Below, one piece after another: positions 1 through 12,319 of a DNA stretch of 64,000 nucleotides (position 1 is the first letter of the stretch; each line of letters starts with the position of its first letter). Origin of the DNA: Mobula hypostoma (lineage: Eukaryota); NCBI RefSeq assembly GCF_963921235.1, contig NC_086097.1:10540001-10604000 (forward strand). Direction: 5' to 3'. Both the position numbers and the translations under genes were made by a program. The notes beneath the pieces are model-generated. The model saw nothing but the letters and a program-made list of their open reading frames with translations. It was not told where the DNA came from and ran no database searches.

Positions 1-245
1 GTAAACCCCGAGGAGCTGGAGTCTCTAAGGCAGTCCTGCATTGATTTCAAAGCTGACTGGTACCAAACTGTATTGGTCTCTGCCGTTCCTTTGGGTTCAT
101 CAAATGCCAGGAGAGGGGGACTTGCTACATATGCAACAGCTTGCTCTCCATAATGCACTGCCCAGGCTTGCATATCTAGAGAGCTGGGATGCAACATCCA
201 TTATGTCAACCCTAACCAACGGAGGCCTTACTCACTCACTCACTG
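1..245 (+). mobile_element. 3' half of non-coding RTE-type non-autonomous element (family A), ending in an (ACTC)n tail
   Basis: Its reverse complement aligns by eye with 45551-45820 and 59645-59890. It ends ggaggcctt-actcactcactcact. The 5' part lies outside the window. Confidence 0.75.
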
Positions 246-269
246 ATTAGCCACAAAAAGGTCTGAGAA

Positions 270-960
270 AATTTACTATGATAATGCTGGGACATGCAGA
301 CCTAAGTTATAGGGAAAGGTTGCATAGGTTTACTCCCTGGAGCACAGAAGAATGACAGGTTCAAAAGATTCAGATATCTCAAAGTACATTTACTATCAAA
401 GTATGTATGCAGTGTACAACCCTGAGATTCATCTTCCCCACAGACAGCCGAGAAACAAAGCGGAAGCCATTCAAAGAAAAATCATCAGCACCCCCTCGTA
501 GTAAAAGCAAATCATGCAAGTGGCAACAAGAAAGAACAAGTGCAAACACAGAAAATAAAATGCAAAATCGAAAGAGTGCATATTTTTCAGCTCAATGTTC
601 ATACCTGCAGGCCATCTGGATCTTAGGTAGACAAAACTATGAGGCTTTTTCCCTTAGGTTTGGTGAGACTAAAACTACAGGTGATGGAATAATGGTGAAA
701 GGTAAAATATTCAAGAAAAATCTAAGGGGGAGGTTCTTCACTCAGAAGGTGGTGCAAGGGTAGAATGAGCTGCCAGTGGAAATGATGGATGTTGCTTCAA
801 TTTCAAATTCAGGAAAAGTTTCCAGAGGTATATGGATGGCATGGGTTTGGAGGAATATGGTCCATGTGCTAGCAGATGGGCCTAAACAGAATATCAGATC
901 AGCATAGTCTAGATGGGCCAAAGGGTCTGTTTCTGTGCTGTAGTACTATATGAGTCTATA
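270..960 (+). mobile_element. Decayed CR1 3' fragment, interrupted at ~360-610 by an antisense Rex1/Babar-type 3' end
   Basis: Encodes NLRGRFFTQKVV and has the CR1 3' UTR gatgggccaaagggtctgtttctgtgctgtag. The insert resembles 28795-28980. Confidence 0.7.
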
Positions 961-1149
961 AATAAGAGCCATCTCACGTAAAGTTCTCTTGCATCTTGTG
1001 AGGTGTTTATTTAAGAAAAATATCATGATACAATGTACAGTACTTGTGCAGATTTGTTACCTTAAGCATAAAATCTAAGAACAAAACCTTAGACATCTTA
1101 ATTTAATTACATTCTTCAGCAATTATGTAACATTTCAGTTATTTTTTTT

Positions 1150-1515
1150 GGGTGGCGGGGTGGAGATACGTCTCAAGTGAGGTGCAAGGTACTCCTTCCC
1201 TCCGCTAGCCTGCAGGTCACCATTGGACAAGGTGTAGCACCTGCTTAGCTTCCCCCATCCTCCCCCCAGCTCCCAGCATCCACACTGAAGCCATGGGAGC
1301 AGCTGCTGCATATCACAAGTCCTGGTTACGCAACCGTTGACACCAGACAGACTACCTCTGAAGAGTATTGATAACGGCTGGGGTCACCTGTCTTGTAGAG
1401 TCAATGCCCAGAAGAAGCCAATGGCAAACAACTTCTGTAGAATTTGCCAAGAACAATCATGGTCATAGATAGACCATGATAACCCATGTCATACAACACA
1501 GCATATGAAGATGAT
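1150..1515 (+). mobile_element. RTE-tail non-autonomous element (family B)
   Basis: Four copies in the window (1150, 3205 minus, 33520, 55205). Contains the RTE/Bov-B/Sauria-like motif agaaggcaatggcaaaccacttct and a (TGA)n-like tail. Confidence 0.75.
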
Positions 1516-2620
1516 CAGTCATTTTGAATCCTAACTTACAAGCTACAAGACGACCACGGTAGTTTTTTTTTCATTGAAACGCTGTTGTTTTCAAAAGAAA
1601 ATAAACAACAAAAACCAAGAAGTAGTGAAGCTTTTAGTTTAATAGTCAGTTGAACTATCTTGTGCATATTTGCAAACTGTGTGCAAACTGAAGTCTAAAT
1701 GATAGGGATCTATTGAGCAAAGTTTTTGCAAAAGGAAAAGCAGAATATATTGGACCGCACAGTGTGAACATCAATGTCTTAGTGCTCAGTTTGGTAATAA
1801 ATGTACAATGAAAATGAAAAAGTTACCAAGTTAGAGTTTTAATTTACTTCAAAGGGCTCATTGTTGAAAATGCAAAAGAAATTCCAATGTTTCCTTTTAA
1901 TTTCCTCTGTGCTTTTGTTTTGAAAAAAATGCACCATTGAATTCAATATTACTAGTGAAGAGTCAATCCAACTACGGAAAGCACTGCCAATTTGTCATTT
2001 CCCAAGCAGAATAGAGAGGGAAAATGGATGGACATCCATTGAGACAAGACTTCTCCCTTACATTCATTTGCACAGATCAGTGCCACTGCTGCAAAGGCCA
2101 CATGCGATTGTGAGGCTGCTAAATGATCTGAAAATGAGCACCACCCCCTATCTAATAAGAAGAAAATGTTTTTTATATGCCATTTGTGCATTAAAATCAT
2201 GTACAAACAAGTCCAATTTCCAAACAATAATCATCTCATTCATTTTACTGGCAATTATAGGACACTTCATATTTTGAATAGCAGCTCTGTTTCAAAAGTA
2301 TCTCATTGACTATAAGTTTTCTGGGAAGTTCTCTTATAAGAGAACGTTTTAGTTTTTTCCTCTTTTTTGATGAGGACTATTTGATTCATGATCATAACTG
2401 TTAAATAACCTGAATTATTTTCAAATACTTTCGTGGCTTCATACTTCCTTAACCTTATTAATCTCTGCTAATATTATAACTCCTTGTTCCTCTAACCTTA
2501 CCTTCCTTCATTCCATACACCACAAAAATGAAGTTTATAACTGCACAGACTTGGATCTTTGTGTTTTGGAATTCCTATGATGTATGGCTATATCTTTTTT
2601 ATTTCACTCTTTATCTAAAC

Positions 2621-2700
2621 CAGGGCTTACAAACCTTTTTTATGCTATGGAGCCCTACGATTAACTGAGGGGTCCATGGACCCCAGGTTGGGAACCCCTT
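2621..2700. mobile_element. ~80-bp hAT/Charlie-like MITE
   Basis: Termini cagggcttacaaacc...ggttgggaacccct. A second copy lies in the opposite orientation at ~53087-53166. Confidence 0.6.
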
Positions 2701-2804
2701 CTTTACATTCAACCACCCTTAAATCAAACCTTCTAAAATCTGTTTCTGTAGCTTGATGTATATTTTTGTCTGATTATCTTCTAAGATCAATATGTAATGG
2801 ATTG

Positions 2805-3110
2805 GAATCTGAATCAAGTTTAATATCACCAGCATATGTTGTTCAATTTGTTAACTTTGTGTCAGCAGTACAATGCAATGCATGATAAATATAGAAAAAA
2901 TGAATTACAGTATGTACAGTATATATATAAAATAGTTAAATTAACTAGGGTGGAAATGGAAATAAAAAAGTAGTGATGTAATATTCACGTCTTCAATGTC
3001 CATTTAGAAATTAGATGGCAAAGGGAAGAAGCCATTCCTGAATCACTGAGTATGTGCCTTCAGGCTTCTGTATCTCCTTCCTGATGATAACAATGAGATG
3101 AGGGCATGTC
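2805..3110 (-). mobile_element. Rex1/Babar-type LINE 3' fragment
   Basis: Antisense of ...LLLSSGRRYRSL.. followed by a 3' UTR ending in a (GATTC)-like tail. Confidence 0.65.
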
Positions 3111-3134
3111 CTACATAAATTATTGTTGTCATTG

Positions 3135-3832
3135 GTCGTGTATTTAATATTTTAGTAATAATGGAGTTAATATATTGTAAGTATATTGTTTGAGTCAACA
3201 TTATCATTATATGCCATGTTATATGACATAGGTGATCATTGTGACCATGATTATTCTTAGCAAATTTTTCTACAGAAGGTGTTCACCATTGCCTTCTCCT
3301 GGGCAATGTCTTTACAAGATGGCTGACTCCAACCATTGTTAGTACTCTTCAGAGGTTGTCTGCCTGGCATAACCATACCCAGGACTTGTGATATGCACCA
3401 GATGCTCATACGACCATCTACCACTTACTCCCATGGCTTTATGTGACCCTGATTGGGATGCTAAGCAGGTACTACATCTTGCCTAACAGTCACCTGCAGG
3501 CTAGCGGAGGGAAGGAGCACCTTACTTTTCCATTAGTAGAGGTATATCTCCACCCTGCCATCCAAATATTGCAGCAGCATCTGGTGTGTGTTGCTTGGAT
3601 TTCCAACATCTGCAGATTTTCTCACATTTGTCATCTATATATTGTTTAAGTAAGCATTTCTTGTTCAAATAAGTCAATATGGGTTACATGAAAAATACAT
3701 CAATTGCCTTCATGATGCTACCACGTGATACATGTGCACTTTGCTTAAAGTAAAAACAAAACCAAGATATCACTCCAAGCTCTGCCTTTCCCCTTTAATT
3801 AATTTAATGTTTTGGAGTTAAAGGACATAACA
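3135..3832 (+). repeat. Gypsy 5' LTR, interrupted by a family B element and a Penelope terminus
   Basis: gtatttaatattttagtaat...ttgtttaagtaagcatt...ggagttaaaggacataaca matches 11971-12181 and ends in CA. Confidence 0.7.
3205..3562 (-). mobile_element. RTE-tail non-autonomous element (family B)
   Basis: Reverse complement of 1150-1515. Confidence 0.75.
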
Positions 3833-3924
3833 TTTAAATGAACCCGAGACAGCTCCTAACTGTTGAAGTGCAGTAAAACGTTTGAATAAAAATAAAGCAC
3901 AGAACAAAATAGCACAGAGCGCAC

Positions 3925-4452
3925 GTGATTTTTTGGGAGTGGATGGAGAGTGTTGAGTTTTTAAAAAAGGCAGAAAGATTTTATGGGTTCATAAAAATAA
4001 CAGCAGAAATAGCTGGCTACTTCGGAAAGATTGATGCAGTTGATTACATAACAGATAACTGGCTCGTGTGTACTAAGATAATTGAACAGTATTTTGAAGC
4101 AAATGATATATCCAATAAGAAGCGAGTGCCAGTTTTGCTGAGTGCATTGGGTTTAAAGGCATACAGTTTGCTTCGCAGTTTAACTGCTCCAACCAAACCA
4201 GCCAAAGTGAGGATTGCTCATATCATGAAAGTAATGCAAGAATATTTAGAACCAAAACTGTTGTTGATTACAGAACACATTAGGTTTCATAAGTGGAATC
4301 AAAAGAAAGAGGAGTCAATTTCAGCATACATGGCTGAATTGAAGAGATTGTTCAAGCATTGTCAGTTCAATAATGGGCTTAATGATGCAATGAAATATAG
4401 TTTAGTTTATGGAATCCTGAAAGAAAGCATACAAAAATGGCTCCTAATTTAA
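3925..4452 (+). pseudogene. Gypsy gag remnant
   Basis: EQYFEANDI..LLSALG.KAYSLLRSLTAP..RFHKWNQKKEESISAYMAELKRL..HCQF is typical of Gypsy gag. Confidence 0.85.
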
Positions 4453-6507
4453 ACACAACTTACATTTAAAAGAGCAGGCACTTCGTTTGAATTATTCTCC
4501 CTGACATAAATTGAGAGTCTCCTTATTACAGCACAGATGATCAAAAGGAAAACTAGAAAAGACCCTACACTGTCACAGGTCAACATAGCTACCAAAATGG
4601 CTGGAATGTGCAGCAAAAATTCTGGTTCTCCCATTTATACCAGCACCAGGATGAACTTGCCCTTGACTGGGTTGCCTTATGTGGGGATTGAGAGTTGCCG
4701 TACCATCCAAGCTGAAAGCTGAAATGTTGGAGGATCTACTGTTCATGCTGGTCATTTTGGCATGGTTAAAATGAAAGCATTGGCTTGAAGCACGTGGCTG
4801 AAGACATGGTGCAGGAGGGAGGGCTTCATATTTATAGATAATTGGGCAGTTTTCCAGGGAAGGTGGAACCTGTTCTGGCGGGATGGTATACATCTGAATT
4901 GGAGGGGGACAAATATTCTTGCAGGTAGGTTTGCTTGAGAGGCTCCAGTGGATTTAAACTAGATACAAGGGGGGAGGGGAACAAGGGTGTAGGAACAGAT
5001 GTAGGGGAGAAGGAAGAAAAAAAATAGTAAAGTTGTTTGCACCGTTAGTGATAAACACAGAGTAAGAAGTGGAAAATTTCTTAAGTGCATTTATTTTAAT
5101 GCTAGAAGCATTATAAGAAAGGTGGATGAGCTTAAAGCATGCATTGATACCTGGAAGTATGTGGTAGATATTAGTGAAACATGGTAACAGGAGGGGTGTG
5201 ATTGGCAACTAAATATTCCTGGATTTCATTGCTTCAGGTGTGATACAATCAGAGGGACAAGAGGGGGAGGTGTTGCATTGCTTGTCAGAGAAAATATTAC
5301 AGTGGTGCTCTGGCAGGATAGATTAGAGGGCTCATCTAGGGAGGCTATTTGTGTGGAATTGAGGAATGGGAAAGATGTAGTAATACTTATGGGGGTGTAT
5401 TATAGACCACCAAATAGGGAGCAAGAATTGGAGGAGCAAATTTGTAAGGAGATAGCAGATATTTGTAGTAAGCACAAGGTTGTGATTGTGGGAGATTTTA
5501 ATTTTCCCCACATAAACTGGGAAGCCCATACTGTGAAAGGGCTGGATGGTTTGGAGTTTGTAAAATATGTACAGGTTAGTTTTTTGCAGAAATACATAGG
5601 GATGCCAACTATAGAAGGGGCAGCGTTGAATCTCCTGTTAGGGAATGAGATAGGTCAGGTGATGGAGGTTTGTGTTGGGGAAGCACTTCGGGTCCAGTGA
5701 TCACAATGCCATTAGCTTCAATATAATTATGGAGAAGGATAGGTCTGGACCCAGGGTTGAAATTTTTGATTGGAGAGAGTCTAACTTTAAGGCGATGCGA
5801 AAGGATTTAGAAGGAGTGGATTGGGACAATTTGTTTTATGGGACGGATGTAACAGAGAAATGGAGGTCATTTAAAGGTGAAATTCTGAGTGTACAGAATC
5901 TTTATGTTCCCGTTAGGTTGAAAGGAAAGGTTAAAAGTTTGAGTGAGCCATGGTTTTCAAAGGATATAAGAAACTTGGTTCAGAAAAAGAGAGATATCTA
6001 CAATATATATAGGCAGCATGGAGTAAATAAGGTGCTCGAGGAATATAAAGAATGTAAAAAGAATCTTAAGAAAGAAATTAAAAAAGCTAAAAGAAGATGT
6101 GAGGTTGCTTTGGCAAGTAAGGTGAAAATAAATCAAAGGGTTTCTGCAGTTATATTAATAGCAAAAGGATAGTGAGGGATAAAATTGGTCCCTTAGAGAA
6201 TCAGAGTGGACGGCTATGTGTGGAGCCAAAAGAGATGGGGGAGATTTTGAACAATTTCTTTTCTTCGGTATTCACTAAGGAGAAGGATATTGAATTGTGT
6301 AAGGTAAGGGAAACAGATAGGGAAGTTATGGAAACTATGATGATTAAAGAAGAGTAAATACTGGAGCTTTTAAGGAATATAAAAGTGGATAAGTCTCCAT
6401 GTCCTGACAGGATATTCCCTAGGACCTTGAGGGAAGTTTGTGTGGAAATAACAGGACTCTGACAGAAATATTTCAAATCTCATTAGAAGTGGGGATGGTG
6501 CCGAAGG

Positions 6508-7219
6508 CATCTGATGGAGAATCTCACCTGGTCCCTCAACACCAGCTCCATAGCAAAGAAAGCCCAGCAGCATCTCTACTTTCTGTGAAGGCTGAGAAAA
6601 GTCTATCTCCCACCCCCCATCCTCACCACATTCTACAGAGGTTGTACTGAGAGCATCCTGAGCAGCTGCATCATGGCCTGGTTCGGAAATTGCACCATCT
6701 CAGATTGCAAGACCCTGCAGCGGATAGTAAGGTCAGCTGAGATCATCGGGGTCTCTCTTCCCGCCATCACAGACATTTACACCACACGCTGCATCCGCAA
6801 AGTAAACAGCATTATGAAGGACCCCACACACCCTTCATATAAACTCTTCTCCCTTCTGCCATCTGGAAAAAGGCACCGAAGCATTCGGGCTCTCACGACC
6901 AGACGATTTAACTGTTTCTTCCCCCAAGACATCAGACTCCTCAATACCCAGAGCCTGGCTTGACACCAACCTACTGCACTCTACTGTGCCTATTGTCTTG
7001 TTTATTATTTATTGTAATGCCTGCACTGTTATGTGCACTTTATGCAGTCCTGGATAGGACTGTAGTCTAGTGTAGCTTTTGTGTTTTTTCTTACATAGTT
7101 CAGTGTAGTTTTTGTATTGTTTCATGTAGCACCATGGTCCTGGAAAATGTTGTCTCATTGTTACTATGTTCTGTACCAGCAGTTATGGTTGAAATGACAA
7201 TAAAAAGTGACTTGACTTG
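6508..7219 (+). mobile_element. 5'-truncated Rex1/Babar LINE inserted in CR1
   Basis: Encodes NLTWSLNTSSIAKKAQQHLYFL..AWFGNC..KTLQRIVRSAE..LLPSGKR..FFPQDIRLLN, followed by AATAAA and a (GACTT)n tail. Confidence 0.85.
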
Positions 7220-7911
7220 CTCATGTTGTTCCATTGTTTAAAAAGGGTTCTAAGAGTAAACCTAGCAATTATCAGCCTGTGAGTTTGACGTCAGTGGTGG
7301 GTAAATTGATGGGAAGTATTCTTAGAGATGGTATATATAATTATCTGGATAGACAGGGTCTGATTAGGAACAGTCTACATGAATTTGTGCGTGGAAGGTC
7401 ATGTTTGACAAATCTTATTGAATTTTTTGAAGAGGTTACTAGGAAAGTTGTCGAGGGTAAAGCGGCGGATGTTGTCTATATGGACTTCAGTAAGGCCTTT
7501 GACAAGGTTTCACACGGAAGGTTAGTTAGGAAGGTTCAATCGTTAGGTATTAATATTGAAGTAGTAAAATGGATTCAGCAGTGGCTGGATGGGAGATGCC
7601 AGAGAGTAGTGGTGGATAAATGTTTGTCAGATTGGAGGCCGGTGACTATGGTGTGCCTCAGGGATCTGTACTGGGTCCAATGTTGTTTGTCATATACATT
7701 AATGATCTGGATGATGGGGTGGTAAATTGGATTAGTAAGTATGCAGACAATACTAAGATAGGTGGAGTTGTGGATAATGAAGTAGGTTTTCGAAGCTTCC
7801 AGAGATTTAGACCAGTTAGAAGATTGGGCTGAAAAATGGCAGATGGACTTTAATGCTGATAAATGTGCTATATTTTGGTAGGACTAATCAAAATAGGATA
7901 TACATGGTAAA

Positions 7912-8549
7912 TTAGATTATGAGGACATGCAGTAATGTCATTTAGTAATGCACGCATTCAGAAATGACACAATGATTTTCCAGAATGATATCATGGAAAC
8001 AAATGACAAACCGACTTAAAAACTAACAAAAACCACATAATTATAACATATAGTTACAACAGTGCAAAGCAATACCATAATTCAATAAGAACAGACCATG
8101 GCATGGTAAAAGTCTCAAAGTCTCTCAAAAGTCCCATCATCTCACGCAGACGGTGAACCTCCAGCGCCACCAACTTGCCGATGCAGCATCCTGGAAGCAT
8201 CCGACCACAGTCCGACTCCAAGTCCGTCCGAAAACTCCGAGCCTCCGACCAGCTCTCTGACACCGAGCACCGAGCACCATCTCTGCCCAGCGCTTTGACC
8301 ACTGCCCCAGCAACAGACAATAGGCAAAGCCGAGGATTTGGGGCCTTCATCTCCAGAGATGCTTGATTGCACAGTAGCAGCGGCAGCGAAGCAGGCATTT
8401 CAGAAGTTACTCCAGGTGTTCCTCCATGCTTCTCACAGCTGTCTCCATCAAATCCGGATTGTGCACAGCCCCCTAGTTAACACATACGACATCATTCGGA
8501 ATGGCCATGCATGCAGTGTCACGCTGCCATCTTCTCCTCCCTCCTTTTG
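7912..8549 (-). mobile_element. Non-coding ~640-nt non-autonomous retroelement (family C) inserted in CR1
   Basis: Closely similar to 31013-31690. Starts ggaggagaagatggc on the minus strand and ends in a (TAATC)n tail. Splits the CR1 sequence at ggtaaat|ggtagggc. Confidence 0.8.
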
Positions 8550-9298
8550 AATGGTAGGGCATTGAAGAATGCAGTAGAACAGGGGGATCTAGGAATAATG
8601 GGGCATAGTTCCCTGAAGGTGGAATCTCATGTGGATAGGGTAGTGAAGAAAGCTTTTGGTATGGTAGCCTTTATAAATCAGAGCATTGAGGATAGGAGTT
8701 GGGATGTAATGTTGAAATTGTACAAGGCATTGGTAAGGCTAAATCTGGAGTATTGTGTACAGTTCTGATCACCGAATTATAGGAAAGATGTCAACAAAAT
8801 AGAGAGAGTACAGAGAAGATTTACTAGAATGTTACCTGGGTTTCATCTCCTAAGTTACAGAGAAAGGTTGAACAAGTTGGGACTTCATTCTTTGGAGCGT
8901 AGAAGGTTGAGGGAGGACTTGATAGAGGTATTTAAAATTATGAGGGGGATAGATAGAGTTGACGTGGATAGGCTTTTCCCATTGAGAGTAGGGAGGATTC
9001 AAACAAGAGGACATGAGTTGAGACTTAGGGGGCAAAAGTTTAGGGGTAACATGAGGGGGAACTTCTTTACTCAGAGAGTGGTAACTGTGTGGAATGAGCT
9101 TGCAGCAGAAGTGGTTGAGGCACGTTCGATGTTGTCACTTAGAGTTAAATTGGATAGCTATATGGACGGGAAAGGAATGGAGGGTTATGGGCTGAGTGCA
9201 GGTTGGTGGGACTAGGTGAGAGTAAGTGTTCGGCACAGACTAGAAGGGCCGAGATGGCCTGTTTCTCTGCTGTAATTGTTATATGGTTATATGATTAT

Positions 9299-9640
9299 AA
9301 GCTTTGTCTGGTGGCCTGGGAGAGATCAACAGAATGAGCAACTTGCCATACACTATGCAAGATGCAAAAACAACCAGAAGCTGCCAAGAGCAGTACCTCT
9401 TCATCCCTGGGATTGGCTTACATTGCCCATGGCCTGGATTCATGTAGATTTTGCTGGACCATTCATGGGCACAAATTTCTTATTAGTAATGGATAGAGCT
9501 ACAAAGTGCCAGAAGTGTTCCCAATAGCCTCTACTACAGCCGTGAGCACTTTTGGTGTGTAGAGAAGCCGCTTCTCAAAGACTGGTGTTTCAGAAGACTT
9601 AGTCAGTGATAATGAACCACAGCTTGTAACAGAACAGTTT
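9299..9640 (+). pseudogene. Gypsy integrase fragment (zinc-binding region to core)
   Basis: FVWWPG, PLHPWDW, WIHVDFAGPFMG and VSDN motifs. Confidence 0.85.
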
Positions 9641-11128
9641 GCTCTATAGATTCAGGATCAGTTCCTGTGGATTGGAGGGTGGCTAATGTTGTCCCTGTCT
9701 TCAAGAAGGGAGGAAGAGAGAAAACAGGGAATTATAGACCGGTTAGCCCGACGTCGGTGGTGGGAAAGATGCTAGAGTCAATTATAAAAGATGAAATTAC
9801 GACACATCTGGATAGTAGTAACAGGAATCATCCGAGTCAGCATGGATTTATGAAGGGGAAATCGTGCTTGACTAATCTTCTGGAATTTCTTGAGGATGTA
9901 ACTGTGAAAATGGACAAGGGCGAGCCAGTGGATGTAGTGTACCTGGACCTTCAGAAAGCCTTTGATAAAGTCCCACATAGGAGATTAGTGGGCAAAATTA
10001 GGGCACATAGTATTGGGGGCAGAGTACTGACATGGATTGAAAATTGGCTGGCTGACAGAAAACAAAGAGTATCGACTAACGGGTCCCTTTCGGAATGGCA
10101 GGCGGTGACCAGTGGGGTACCGCAGGGTTCAGTACTGGGACCGCAGCTGTTTACAATATATATTAATGATTTAGATGAGGGAAATAAAAGTACCGTTAGC
10201 AAATTTGCCGATGACACAAAGCTGGGTGACAGTGTGAAATGTGAGGAGGATGTTATAAGAATGCAGGTTGACTTGGACAGGCTGGGTGAGTGGACAGATG
10301 CATGGCTTTATGTGGATAAATGTGAGGTTGTCCACTTTGGTGGTAAGAAGGGGAAGGCAGATTATTATCTAAATGGAGTCAAGTTAGGAAAACGGGAAGC
10401 ACAACGAGATCTAGGTGTTCTTGTACATCAGTCACTGAAAGCAAGCATGCAGGTACAGCAGGCTGTGAAGAAAGCTAATGGCATGCTGGCCTTCATAACA
10501 AGGAAAATTGAGTACAAGAGCAAAGAGGTCCTTCTGCAGCTGTACAGGGCCCTGGTGAGACCACACCTGGAGTACTGTGTGCAGCTTTGGTCTCCAAATT
10601 TGAGGAAGGACAGTCTTGCTATTGAGGGAGTGCAGCGTAGGTTCACAAAGTTAATTCCCGGGATGGCGGGACTGTCATATGTCGAAAGATTGGAGTGACT
10701 GGGCTTGTATACTCTGGAATTTAGAAAGCTGAGAGGGGATCTTATTGAAACATATAAGATTATTAAGGGATTGGACACGCTGGAGGCAGGAAGCATGTTC
10801 CGCTGATGGGTGAGTCCAGAACCAGAGGCCACAGTTTAAGAATAAGGGGTAGGCCATTTAGAATGGAGTTGAGGTAAAACTTTTTCACCCAGAGAGTGGT
10901 GGATATATGGAATGTTCTGCCCCAGAAAGCTGTGGAGGCCAAGTCTCTGGATGCTTTCAAGAAAGAGATGGATAGAGTTCTTAAAGATAGCGGAATCAAA
11001 GGTTATGGGGATAAGGCAGGAACTGGATACTGATTGTGGATGATCAGCCATGATCACAGTGAATGGCGGTGCTGGCTCAAAGGGCCGAATGGCATACTCC
11101 TGCACCTATTGTCTATTGTCTATTGTCT
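9641..11128 (+). mobile_element. 5'-truncated CR1 with a 343-aa open RT frame (9667-10698) and 10-bp TSD
   Basis: RT motifs including FADDTK. (ATTGTCT)n tail. TSD agaacagttt at 9631-9640 and 11129-11138. Confidence 0.92.
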
Positions 11129-11830
11129 AGAACAGTTTCAGTCATTCCTGAAAATGAATGGAGTAAGACATATTGCATCGGCACCTTATCACCTAGCTGC
11201 AAGTGGCTTGGCGGAAAGATTTGTCCAGTGTCTAAAGAATGCACTGTGAGCAATGTCAGTAGGACACACTACACTGACGCTGAATCAAAAGCTTGCCAAT
11301 TTCCACCTTGCATATTATAATGCAGCACACTCCCCAGCCAACAACTCACCAGTTATGCTGTTCCTGGGTTGCCCTTGCATTCACACTTGGATCTCCTCAA
11401 ACCCAATCTCAGAAGGTGTATGCAGATCAAGCAGCTGGGGCAAATTGAAGGCTCCTCAAACAAGGAGGTTCTGTGTTTCACTCCTGGACAAACAGTTCTG
11501 GGAAAGGACTATGGATGTGATCAAAAATGGGTACTCAGAAAGATTAAGGAGAGAAATGAACCATTCTCCTACACAGTGGAGATTGTGTTTGATGTCCCCT
11601 GGAGACGATGCATCGATCAGTTGAGGACGGCAGAGTCAATTGTTTGAGAATAAAGATGTCCTGAGCTGTCAGAACCACTTCCTGCAGTCCCAGAGTTAAC
11701 TCATACAACCACTATGAAGGAGGACTCAGAACCTGAGATGGTTTCAGAGCCGCAAGTCTCACCTTCCAAGCATAATGATCCTTGTCAGGAAAAACGTTAT
11801 CCCACCAGAGTAAGAAGGTGTCCACAGTGA
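11129..11830 (+). pseudogene. Gypsy integrase C-terminal fragment
   Basis: QFQSFLKMNGVRHIASAPYH..GLAERFVQ..; LDLLKP..FTPGQTVL..SYTV..WRRCIDQL; RYPTRVR. Confidence 0.85.
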
Positions 11831-11970
11831 TTAAACCTTTAGGTCTGAATGGGACAACTTAAAATTTACTAAGCTGTGGATGTCTGTATATTATATACAA
11901 TAGTATACTGTGCATATGGTTAATGTACAGTATTCTATATTGAGATGGAATTTGTAGCTAAGCAGAGAGG

Positions 11971-12181
11971 TTATGTACTTAATATTTCAGTAATACTTGA
12001 ATAATATTATAGATACATTGTTTGAGTAAGCATTCATTATAGGTTATATGTAAAAACCACATCAACTGCATAACTCTTGAAACTGCATGCCTCACTTAGA
12101 GTAAAACAAAAATAAGACGTTATTCCCGACTCCTCTTTCTCCTTTCCATTAGTTTAGCGTATTAGAGTTACAAAAGATAAA
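11971..12181 (+). repeat. Gypsy 3' LTR
   Basis: Follows the purine tract at 11961-11970 and is similar to 3135-3200 plus 3635-3832. Confidence 0.7.
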
Positions 12182-12319
12182 ATCATCCAATCTAACAAAA
12201 CAGACAAATGTACTAAGATTGCAATCAGATTTACACTAAGCTTAACCAAGGAAGAATTTGGAATACAAACAATTTATTGCACACCACGATCTCATGAAAG
12301 CTCCTAAATAGATGAAGAT

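Larger units (their letters stand above)
4792..9298 (+). mobile_element. Long CR1 LINE (end of ORF1 plus frameshifted ORF2 APE-RT) inserted in the Gypsy integrase
   Basis: APE motifs GVYYRPP, VGDFNFP and SDH; RT motifs [28 protein letters not shown] and YADNTK; tail tgttatatggttatatg. The Gypsy frame KALA*S|FVWWPG resumes after it, with aagc on both sides. Confidence 0.9.
3135..12181 (+). mobile_element. Internally deleted Gypsy LTR retrotransposon with nested insertions
   Basis: Diverged direct repeats (LTRs) at ~3135-3832 and ~11971-12181, with a purine tract agcagagagg before the 3' LTR. gag lies at 3925-4480 and integrase pieces at 4500-4791, 9299-9640 and 11129-11830. Confidence 0.85.

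Noticed and set aside
8054..8398. Similar ~100-aa ORFs in both family C copies (also 31173-31515)
   Set aside because: Frames and starts differ between the copies, and they are explained by GC-rich repeat sequence.
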